Positions 25,507 through 37,649 of a stretch of 64,000 nt of DNA are shown here, piece by piece. The DNA lies in contig OZ037767.1 in NCBI GenBank assembly GCA_964035545.1, positions 15,318,998 to 15,382,997 on the forward strand. Direction: 5' to 3'. The stretch comes from Bugula neritina. Lineage: Eukaryota > Animalia > Bryozoa. Within the stretch, counting starts at the first letter, position 1; each line of letters begins with the position of its first letter. The translations under genes and the position numbers were made by a program. Below the pieces are notes generated by a model. The model was not told where the DNA came from and searched no databases. It saw nothing but the letters and a program-made list of their open reading frames with translations.

Positions 25507-26967
25507 TTAAGGCTTGCTGGGACAATAACTTATCACTTCAGCTGCAATAAAAACAAATCATTGCGCTGAATAAAATAACTGTAGCTGAGACCACTTTTAT
25601 GACTTCCATTGATACTCGGTAATGGCCACAGCTGCACTAAAGACTATTCAATTTGGCTATAAGAAACAGTGCAGTCTGGAACACAATGTAGCGTTCAAGG
25701 ACCATCACTTTATTGTTCACCCTACCCTAACTACTAATAGAGCTTTGTGACCATCATTAGTGCACATATGAATGAATATTGTTGTTAGGTGAACAACTGC
25801 CAATAGTTCCATAACTCATATGTAAACAAAATTTTGCTTGAACATATTTAAATGTAGCATTGATCTCACTTTTTGCTCCCATCAACTACTGTTTAGCTTC
25901 ATTCAGGCCTAGGGATGATGATTATGTGATACTTGCGAAAAGTAGCGTTGACTTAACAACTAAGTGGTTTCAGAGCTACTACAAAATATTTTTCAGCTTA
26001 CATTAATTGGATTAATTTTCAATTTCATCAAAATAAGTGCAGGTCCAACAACTATTAGAGGTGTGGTGTAGGCTATGCAGACAATAAAAGGCTCTTCGAA
26101 CAACTTAAGTGCATGCTGTGCACTAAAATTTCTCTCTGTGTATAAGCAAAACATATTATTATGAATATCGATATAATTATTATTATAATGGTGTTATAAC
26201 ATTGACATATATAAAATAATATAAATATTGACTATTTACATTATTTCAGGTTAATGTTGAAACAAAGATTATACGTAAAGATATTACTTTTATAGTTGTT
26301 TTTCATTACTTGGTGTATCTATTATGACAAGATGCATTGAAATTATTCACCCACTCTCAGTTACACAACAACTTTATCAAAACAGCAGGGGAATCACAAT
26401 GAAACAAGATACCAACATTTTATCATCTATTAGCATGAAATATTTGACAAAGTTAAACATTATCAGACATATTCAAATGTTTACTGTCACTATTAGCATG
26501 AATATAGATTTTTCCTACTTTTTATGACACTAATAGCATGAATTATCTTTGTATTCTGTATTTATTTATTATAAATAATGCATCTACTTTACCAATTTTC
26601 TATATCCGACGATCTTGCTCTTATAACACACTTTACGTTATTTAATAATTGCAAAGTAAATATTATAAGTATATATCTCTTAAGTTGCAGACACTTTAAA
26701 CTGTAAGAACAAAGTTTTCAACATGGAAATAATGAGGAAAAATCTATAAATGAAAATTTTTGTTGTATGTGGGCATTGTTATAGACTCTTCCAATAAGTT
26801 CACTTCGTAAATGCTACAACAATAGGTTAGTAACAAATTTTATTCGTTTTATAGTGGAATATCATTTTCTTAAATTACATAATTCGAACAGTTTTATTTT
26901 TCATGTGGTATATAGCTGATTAAAGCACTACATAGAGCTGAGAAGCTCTGGATTTTAGTGAAATTAG

Positions 26968-27218
<251 letters not shown>

Positions 27219-27255
27219 TTGAAGTAAACAAAGAATGTGTTATATCAGAGTAGAG

Positions 27256-29834
27256 ATGAAGAATATTCTAGAAGTATACGCTCTGATTCTCCTGATACAT
27301 GTGACTACTTCAGAATACATGGGATGTTATAAAGATGAAATAGAGAGAGCATTGCCTTTAGTTACTGAAATTACTAACATGGCAATAGACTTTTGTATAG
27401 GCTACTGCATCTATGGAGGTAAAGATAATACGACGTAAATCTGTTTTTCTATTTAATATATTATGCCATAATTATATAAACTTTATCAGATATGTGATGT
27501 ATTAAAATTGTGATTCTTTTACATCAATTATATGACTAATATTACCTTTTTCTCAAACATAATAAGCATATAATAATAATATTATATTATATTCCTAAAC
27601 AGCAATTATATTTTTATTATGTTGCTCTCATCCAGTTATATAATACTTATGGCATCTTGATATTTAATTATTCTTGTACAGCAACTATATAAACATTATA
27701 TAATTCTTGTATAGTAATTATAAAAATGTTACATCATTATTTTATATTAGATATATAAAGATTATATCATTATTCTATTGTAATTATATAAATGCAATCT
27801 GCTTATTTTAGGCCAGATGTATGCTGGTTTGCAAGATGGCAGACAATGCTTCTGTGGTACAACCTTTGACCTCTATGGAGCTCTAGACGAATCAAGTTGT
27901 AGCAGTAGTTGCACGGGAAATGCGAGTCAGATATGTGGGGGAAGTTGGGCAAACAGTGTATACAGAGCACTGTCAGGTAAGATGAGAAAAATGAGATGAG
28001 ATGAGATAAAATGAGAAAAGTTTATTAGGTAATACATGAAATTGGAACTTTTTAATCGTCACAAGACTTATCAAATTTTATTTAACCAAGTATTTACTTT
28101 TACAGACGATTGTTATTCTAAAAAAATGGCTGATAGGGAAATAGCTTTTGAAGAAATATTAAAATAGTTAAACTCAATTAAGAAAGTTTGAATTATTTGA
28201 CCTTACTTCTGACAAAAAGTATTAATACCATGAATTTTTAATTATTAACAACAAATAATTTGTTTAATCTATAGCTACATTGTTTAGTTTATTTCCACAC
28301 TCTTAAGTAAGTAACAGTATGGTATAGTACAGTATATAACATGTTTTTTGTTAACTCGGGTAAAATTTTTGTAACTTTTTGATACATTATAATAACTTTG
28401 CTCTTTTTGATATGCTAAATAAATGTACATATCTTTATTATGTTCAAGCTTGCTAACCTAAATAACTATGTATGTTTTAAGATATATGTAATACATATTT
28501 ATTTATTTAGTAATATTTACTTCTGTGTTTTTATGAGTTTCTAGAATCATACTTTTATTGTTAAATTATTTATTATTATGCTATTTTTAGAAAATGTCAA
28601 AACACGAAAAAACAAACCCGCAAACTTAGTTCAAGTCAGAAATATTGAAGTTAGAGAAATAAGTGATGACATCATATCCTTTATTGAACATCCGGCTGAT
28701 TCTACTAAAATAATAGCAGTTACATCAAAACAATTTGTAGAGATCAATCATCATGGAGACTGTACAGTAGTAGCTGGTGTGCAGCTACAAGGTTGTGCTT
28801 ATAAATCAAATGGGTTTTACTTCTTCTCAATCAGCCATTTTATCTATGCCCATTTCACCAAACTGAAAGTCTCTCACAGTCTTTTCAACAAATCAGCCAT
28901 TTTGGTTGCTGATGAAGGCAATCACTGCATAAAGTTTCTCATTCTAAAAGACTTATCATCTTTTATGTTTGACAATTCAATAAATGACTACCATGTTGGT
29001 AAGTGTGGATCTTTTAAAAAAGAACTTTTGACTGAAAATCTTCAAAATTTAATTGATCCTAAAGAAATGGAGCTGAACAGCCCAAAACATATTTCTCTGT
29101 ACCATGACTCTGAGACTATTAGACTAGTTGTTAACTGTGTACTGACTGAAGTATACTCTGTTATTGTTAGTATCTATCCAACTCACACTGTAGCATATGA
29201 GTACAGTGGACACCCTTGGTATGTAACTGATGTTTCTGAAAATCTCTATTGGCCATTATTTTGATCAAAAGGATTGAAAAGTCTTTCAGCTGATAACAGC
29301 ACTTCAATAAACCAAATCCTTATCATTAATGGGAGTTACTCAACTACTGCAAATTATTATTGCGATTCCAGGAACAGTTCTGCTATTCCCAGACTGTTTC
29401 AAAGTTGGCCTCTAGTAATTGCAAATGGTGAATTGAAATCCCTGGTTTATAATTCGACAAGCAGTGAACTCAAACTAACTAACATAAATATTGCTAATCT
29501 TTCTACAAAAACACCCCCTGAGTTTAACCTGTTCACTACAACAAAGGAATCCAATCATATTATTCTCTACAGTCAAAGCCTAAAGAAATTTTATTATGCA
29601 AAGGCATTTTCTCGCTATCAGAAAATTCCGGAAATGTCTTGTAGTAAATATGTTATAGAAAAAGCAATTGTGGGTGGACCTGAAAGTTGTGCTTACATCT
29701 GCAGTAAATATGGTAGTCAGTGTGTTGCTTTTTCTGTTAATAATTATGATAATTCTTGCTACATTCATGGCCACTTTGACTTGGCCAATGCCTACATATC
29801 TAATGACTCAGCTTGTTATTTATCTATATCATAA
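27256..29834 (+). pseudogene. WSC - NHL-like - PAN/Apple paralogue C (exons 27256-27418, 27812-27976, 28591-29834) with one in-frame TGA at 29262-29264
   Basis: Signal-like MKNILEVYALILLIHVTTS, then YMGCYKD..RALP..FCIGYC / YAGLQDGRQCFCG..CGGSWANSVY (WSC). All introns are GT-AG phase 1. ORFs 28578-29264 and 29274-29834 are in the same frame. Confidence 0.85.
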
Positions 29835-29997
29835 TTATAACATATAATTGCATAGTTGAACACCACTTTCTGATGACAACATTAGTGATGCTTTACTCTA
29901 ACTTATGTTACTTTTTAATAATCATAATTATATTATTTTCATTCACTTAAATATTTTATGGAAATGATACACAGTGGTTTTTAAAAATTATATGTCC

Positions 29998-30103
<106 letters not shown>

Positions 30104-30529
30104 TACTATATATACAGAGTCTGTACTATTTATTACAGACGGTAGATTGCTATATTATATTTGTGTATCAACAAATCAATAAAATAAAAATCGAAGATAT
30201 TGTTTATTTGAAGCTTTTTTGGAAATTTATTATAAATATTTGTAGGTTGTGTAATTACTGTTCTATAAATGATATTTATAACAGATGGTTTTATTATAAT
30301 TTTTAGGTGACATTGTTTTAAAGAACATAATATGTATTAATTCAATCAAATTTATTTGACTCACAAGAAAATGCAGCACAATTATTTGTGAATTAAAAAC
30401 TTCTTATTAAATAAAGATTGAGTAATAACCAAATCAGTATATTTTAACTATTGATATACTTATATAAGAGAGTAAGTTAAACAGAAACGTTCATCTTTGC
30501 ACAGATACTTGCAAGAATATCTATAGTGT

Positions 30530-30874
30530 ATATAGAACTTTATAGATATAGAAAAGTTATAGATATAGAATAGTTATAGATATAGAATAATTATAGATAT
30601 AGAATAGTTATAGATATAGAATAGTTATAGATATAGAATAGTTATAGATATAGAATAATTATAGATATAGAATGAGTATAAATATTAAACAGTTATAAAT
30701 ATAGAATAGTTATAGATATAAAATAGTTATAGATATAGAATGGTTATAAATATAGAATAGTTATATATATAAAAGATATAATTATAGAATTGGTATAAAT
30801 ATAGAATAGTTATAGATATAGAATAGTTATAATTATAGAATAGTTATAAATATAGAACAGTTATAAATATAGAA
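30530..30874. repeat. 17-bp minisatellite (ATATAGAATAGTTATAG)n, about 20 units
   Basis: Direct reading of tandem units. Confidence 0.92.
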
Positions 30875-33223
30875 GTGCTGCAGTCAATAATTTAAACAAC
30901 TTTATACAAACACATTATTATATTATATATACACAAACATTCACCAGATATATTTAATAATTTATGATGCACATGGTCAAACATGCCATTAATATTGCTA
31001 ATATTTGCTTATAAATACAATCATACTAATATTGTTTACATAAGAGCATTTGTTGAAAAGAATGGTAATAACAGTTATAAAAGACAATTGAAATTTTTTA
31101 CTCGGTTATGTAATATACTTTGTTTATCTGTTTCTTTTAATTACCAAATATATAAAATAAAATCTTATTGAACAGAAAGTTGTTTACTGTTTTACAAATT
31201 TGTTTTCTTATGATCAATAGGTTTTTCTACAATTTTTAAATCTGTAAAACAAAAATTTTTAGATTTAATAACTAAATATTAAACAGTGTCTGTTTATTTT
31301 AATCAATCTCAAGAAACTTAATTATAGGTAAAAAGTAAATTATTAAAAAGTGAAAAATAATTGCCAAATCCAAGATACGTCAATTCAATATTACATGTAA
31401 ATTTATAAGACAAATGACTTTCTGTTTTTGATAATAGATTTTTTTGTTTCATGATACAAGCTCTTTCGTAAAAAATGCTTTTTATAGTTATTAATATATT
31501 TTAACAAATGATTGCAATTTTAAAAGTGGTCAAATTACTGCAGCTGCTTGGCTTCAGTGAAACAACTCTTAATTGTTGCTTAAAGCTAATGGGCTTTGAA
31601 ATTATGTTTGTTATAGAAGGATTATTATTGTAAATATCTAAAGAAGCTTGTAGAGTAAGACTTAGTGCCTTGTAATTAAATATTATTTTACAGATATCCT
31701 AAACACTGACATATAACTCACAACAAAAAAGGTATTCTTTCATGTTAGAATATTGGAAGTGAAAAATATTGAATAATTTTTAATTTTTAATATAAACAAA
31801 ACATGGAAGTTTACTAAACATTTAAAAATTTTAAGCTACAAAGCAACACTAAGTGCAACAATTTCAGACCAGCTATAGAGATTAAATCTTGAAGACTAAA
31901 ATTATCCAATCTTGTCAAGATACTAAAATCAGGTATTATGATAAATACATATATATACCTACATTTAGCTTTCTATGTTTCACCCCTTACATACAGTTTA
32001 TAGGCTTTATGATTTATAAATTTTATTTTATTTTCCACATTTTACACTCTATATTTTATATTCTGATTTTTTATATTGCATATTTAGTATTTTATGCTCT
32101 AAGTTTCACCTTCCAGGTGTGACATTCTACATTTCAAGTTCTACATTTCGTATTCTAAATATCGTATCATATTAGAGGTAATGTCTTATATATTTTAGTA
32201 AAATGATCATAATATCACAGCCTTGCACTTGAAGTATAAATTTTATAAGAATATAACATGTTATAAAATTAGTTGGGTGATAAAGTTTAAAAATGTACAA
32301 TAATATAGCATGAAGTTATTAATTATTCTAGTATTGATGAGCCATGCATGAGTTTATTTTACAAGTTGTTTTTATTATGAGCTGATACATTTTCTATAAG
32401 CTGTAAAAGTGTTAGGATTGTTAGAATAACAAAAAAATAGTTTTTTCCTTTAAATGTTAAAACGAGACCTTGAAATTATTAATTTAAAGTTTTTTAGGAG
32501 TTTATTCAAACTTAATATATAGTTTTATAAAACAGGTTTAATAGTTATTATGTTTAACTTGAAAAACAAAAAAACTTTTATTTAATAATAAATTTCAAAA
32601 TGTTGAGATATTATTCTTTACTAAAATGCTTATATTGTATAAGGTAATAACATTTTGCAAATTGTTATTAGCAGATGACAAATAAAATACCAATACGTTC
32701 TTATTCACAGTATATAATGGTTCCATCCCAGCTAGATAGACGCTATAACTTTTTATTTTGGTACCATATAATTATATAGTAATATGTACCTATATATATA
32801 TATAGCGATATAACTGTTTTGTTGATTGCTAAATAGCTAAAATGCTAATAACTTTATTAGCTAACATGAATTATTTGGAGTATTATTCTAATTTTCACAA
32901 ATTTGTGAGAGACAAAAAACAGTGTAATACAATAACAATAGACATTACATTTAATTATTGACTACCCATTCACAAAATATCTGTTCAAACAAGAAGCAAA
33001 ATATATTCAAAATTATTGTTTATGCAAATCAAAGAAATTAGTAATGTGCTAAATGTGTGCTTTATTTAAGTATATATATATTTTTTAATAATATTAAAAT
33101 AAATTGCACATAAAATATATATTGTACCAAAATAAATTAGTAGCGTCTAACTGAGAGTTGCTATATATATCTAGGATAACACCCGAACAAACTGTTTTTA
33201 TTAACAGCAGCTGTCTATAGAAG

Positions 33224-36215
33224 ATGCATCAATATCTGATGTGTATAGCACTGGTTCCTATAGTTTATGGTTCAGTGTACATGGGTTGTTACAAGGACAC
33301 CTCAACTAGAGCTCTACCATTGAGGTATGATTCTAATGACATGACAGTCGACCTTTGTATTGGCTACTGCATTTACAGAGGTAAGTATTCCATTCACTTA
33401 CTAAGTTGATTTTTTACAATATAGTGAAATTGCAACCTATAAAGCAGGGCTGATAAACTAGCCATCAATTTAGGAGTACGTCACAATGTCATGAAACTCC
33501 AAAGGAACTGCAATTATCCTGGAATAAGATTGCTACATACTTATTCTTAAAATATTTGTGCTTGCTTTAAAGTTTAGGCATTTTACCTGAGCTACACGTA
33601 TTTAAATAATGTCATGCAGTTGGTATCTAGCACAGTGAGCCGCAGTGGTATAGGGGTCAGAGCGTTTGCCTACAAGTAAACGCAAAGTAATGAGTTTGAG
33701 CCCCATTATAAGGCAGTCATTATGTTAAGAAGAGCATCCAATCATAATTGCTCCTGCGCCTCATGTGAATAAGTCTTAAGCCAGCTTTAACAAAAACCCC
33801 TTCTATCAGAGATCTTCTCATAGGTATGGTGACTATAAACTTGTGTGAGTTGGTATATATTAGCATGTGTGCACATAATAATATATCCAAGAAAATTTGC
33901 ATGTCGCAATATATATTGAATATCTATATAACTTTGAAATCTATAGCTAACTAGTTGTTTGATTGGCTATAAATATCATATTACAGTAAATTATTTAAAG
34001 TGAATTGATTATATCAAATTAATATGTTAGCAAGCATATAAAAGTCAACTAATATTAATAATCGCCTTAGTTGTAAACTGATTCAACAAATGTAAATAAA
34101 TCAATAGAGAAAGTTTATGCATACAAGCAATTAGCTGCTTGTAATATTTGTTCAGTAAGTGTAAATATTATACATGTTCAGAAACTGCTTGCTTAAGTTT
34201 ACCTAATTAATAGCAAGTATAAACATTTTGTTATTTATATAAATGTTATGATATTAAGTTTGTCAGAGGAAAATTCAATTATGCAATTATTTGACTAGTC
34301 CTAAAAAAGTTTATGAATATTAGGATTAATTGAAAAATACTCAAATAATAGTTTATTAATTTCAAAGTTTTATTCACATCAACTAGAAATCACAGCTCTC
34401 TATCACTATATAGCCATGATATATTTGCTAAAATTTTGGGAAAAAGTAACTATGTTATAATGGCAAAATTGCTACTTATATATTTTCTAGTACATATATA
34501 TATGCTCATTAAACCATAATGTTTATTCAAATAAAATGTTGACATGAATATTAATCAACCCTGCTGGTATTTCAAGGTCACCCCTACGCTGGTTTGCAGA
34601 CGGATGACACTTGTTTCTGCGGAAGTGAGTACGACAAGTATGGAGTCGGTGAAGAAACGAGCTGCAGAGACCCTTGCAAAGGAAACACTAGTCAGATATG
34701 TGGTGGGGGCTGGAGAAACAGCGTCTATAAAATAACTGGGAAAGGTACATAAAAAATGAACTCAAAATTAAAATTGAACAGTTATATTTCAATGCAAATA
34801 GGAAAAATAAAAATATTGTTGATGCTTATTTACTATTGTTTTAAAGCCTAAAAATTTGTATATTTGCACCTAAATTTTAATAAGATTTTAATTGTAAAAT
34901 ATGCTTTGATTTAAAATCACTTCAACAATGTATCAAACAGCTGAATTTTGTTTAAATATATACTGTAGAAAAGAATGAATCTAGCCAAAGTGTACCAAGA
35001 CCCATTCGCTATGTCGGCAAAATTGAAGTTGGAGGACTGACTGATGACATCATATCCTTTATTGAACATCCAACTGATTCTACTAAAATAATAGCAGCTA
35101 CATCAAAACAACTTGTAGAGATCAATCATTGTGGAGACTGCACAGTAGTAGCTGGTGTGCAGCTGCAAGGTTGTTTGCATACGCAAAACTTACTTTTATT
35201 TGCTTCCATCAGTCATATTGTTTATGCTCACTTCACTGATCTGAATATACATCACTTCCTGTTTAACAAGTCTGTCATCTTGGTGGCTGATGAAGGTGAC
35301 CATTGCATTAAATTCTTTGAATTTCAACAGAAACCTTTGTTCTCTAATTTTCAAACCTACAAAATTGGCAATTGTGGACTTCCACAAGTATCCCCTTTGT
35401 TAGCTGATAAAGTTCGACACTTTAGTGAACCTCAGGCAATCATGCTGAACAGCCCAAAACATCTTTCTCTGTACCATGACTCTGAGACTATCAGACTGGT
35501 TGTTAACTGTGTGCTGACTGAAGTATACTCTGTTATTGTTAGTATCTATCCAACTCACACTGTAGCATATGAGTACAGTGGACACCCTGGGTATGTAACT
35601 GATATGTTGAATTATTTTGATTTTCCAATGATGAAATCACAGGGATTTAGCAGTGTGGAGGGCAAAAGTGATTTAGCAAAAGTAGAATTGCATATTGAGG
35701 TGAACTTTGGCACATCAATGGAGGTTTATAGTTATACTTGTGAGTCAAATATCAGTTCAGAAGTTCCCAGAGTGTTAAATGATTTACCAACAATATTATT
35801 CAATGGTGAAGTTCGGTATTTAATTTACAATCAGACTAATCAGATACTGCTAATACCACCTATACAAGTTTTAAATCTTCCTCTGGAAGCAGAGTCTAAA
35901 CTGAGTCAGTATACTGTAGCACGTGATTCTCTCGTACTCTACAGTCAAAGCCTGAAAACATTCTATTTCACAAAGAAATATTCTCAATATCAGAGAGTTA
36001 GTGAGAGTCAGTGTAGTCAGTCTATCATACAAAAGTTACAGGTGAATGGAGCTGAATCTTGTGCTTATGTCTGCTTTAAATATGGCGACCTTTGTGTTTA
36101 CTTTTCATTTAATAGTGTAGACAACTTCTGTTATATTCATAATGGGGTCAGCAATACTAGTTTCATTACTACTCCAGGTTTCTACTGTTACACATCTTTA
36201 AATTATATATTTTAA
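33224..36215 (+). CDS. Secreted WSC - NHL-like beta-propeller - PAN/Apple domain protein, paralogue D, intact (exons 33224-33380, 34577-34744, 34969-36215; 523 aa)
   Basis: ATG plus hydrophobic leader, WSC cysteine pattern split over exons 1-2, GT-AG phase-1 introns, open 1572-nt spliced frame, NHL-like TVVAG..F.SI..ILVADEGDHCIK..IGNCG..LNSP, and a C-terminal PAN cysteine pattern. No transmembrane segment seen. Confidence 0.9.
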
Positions 36216-37649
36216 ATGTTTAAACAACTTGTTGGTTCTTTTAACATCAATTTTATATCCCAATTTTAATTTAGTAAATTATCACACAAATAATAACTTA
36301 TTGATTGAGTTTTCTGACAAAGAATAATAACTTATTGATTGAGTTTTCTGACAAAGAACGTAATTTTTTTCTGATGCTGGTAACATTTACAATTATATTT
36401 ATGTTTACAGTGTAATATCTATGTTTCGTACAATATTTTAGTTATGATGATATTTATGCTATAGCTGTTGTGAATTTCATAAACAATAATATCGATTCTA
36501 AAATGTATTTTATCTCAAAATATAAGTAGATATACCATTTTAATCAAAAAGGAAGCCATAATCAATTAAGGTAATTGAAAGGGCACAACAGAAACCTATA
36601 TTATATGAAATGGGCAGAAGTGGACAACTCTAGATATTCATAATATTCCAGTGTCAATTTCACTTATTGACTGCAAATGCATATTATTTGTCTGATCAGC
36701 CAATAAAAAAGTCAATGACTACGTTTTTATTATAAACAAAAGCCATGCCTGTATTTTACTAAATCAGCCAATCAAATATTTGCTAAGGTAGCATTCAATT
36801 CTCTTTACTAACTTATTATATTATTTCGTCAGTTTAAAGATGCATCCAATATTATAAAAGATAATGAGTGCTTCTAATAACATGTGACAGCATGAACTCT
36901 GATTGTTATCGCTGACTGTATTATTACTAAGTGAAAAACATTGAGGCACCAAAATAGCAGTGAGCTTTTTTACACTCAGCTTTATTTGATATCTGTATAG
37001 CTTTAACACATTATATATATAATATATATTTAGATGATGTAAATGATGTAAATTTATCACTGGAACCCATGCATGCAAGATAACAAACAATATGTATGAG
37101 GCAAAATTTAAAAATATGATGAAGTAATTTAGCGAAGCAGTAACAAAATTAGTATAATATAATAATTGATATATATAGTAAGAAATATTGTTATTGTGGG
37201 CTATAATAAACTATTTTAGAATTGAACTAATTCATGTTATATATTCATAAATTAATCAAGCTCTATATTATATATAAGATATAACAGCCTAATTGTTACA
37301 CATAATTATGCTATTCGTTATGTAATTCAAGATGCTTTCTTTGATAATTGTATGGCAAAAACAAACACTGTATATAATAATGATATGCTGTATCAACTTT
37401 TATAAAACAATAAAAACTAATAATATATAATATAAAGTAATATAATATATAATCAACCAAATCAGGTAAAACCTAAACAATAATAAAGTCTAAAAAAGTT
37501 TGTCAAAATACAGCACAAAGATATTACAAAGTATATTTCCTTGCTATATCATGATAGTACATGGCTGCATGAATAGAATCTATTACCAGTTATAATTTAC
37601 TTGATCATAACGTCTTAAAGCTAATAGTACATGCAGCTTATATAACCAG

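Larger units (their letters stand above)
17040..26140 (+). mobile_element. EnSpm/CACTA (CMC) DNA transposon, about 9.1 kb, with about 430-bp TIRs and a decayed transposase
   Basis: Left end CACAGAGAGAAATATTAGTGCA, right end TGCACTAAAATTTCTCTCTGTG. 17040-17468 is the inverted counterpart of about 25715-26140. Absent at the equivalent site after D (36995). A perfect TSD is not evident (tg / ta). Confidence 0.78.

Noticed and set aside
29262-29264. Selenocysteine or readthrough in paralogue C
   Set aside because: Aligned residues in paralogues are Lys or His, not Cys; no supporting signal seen.
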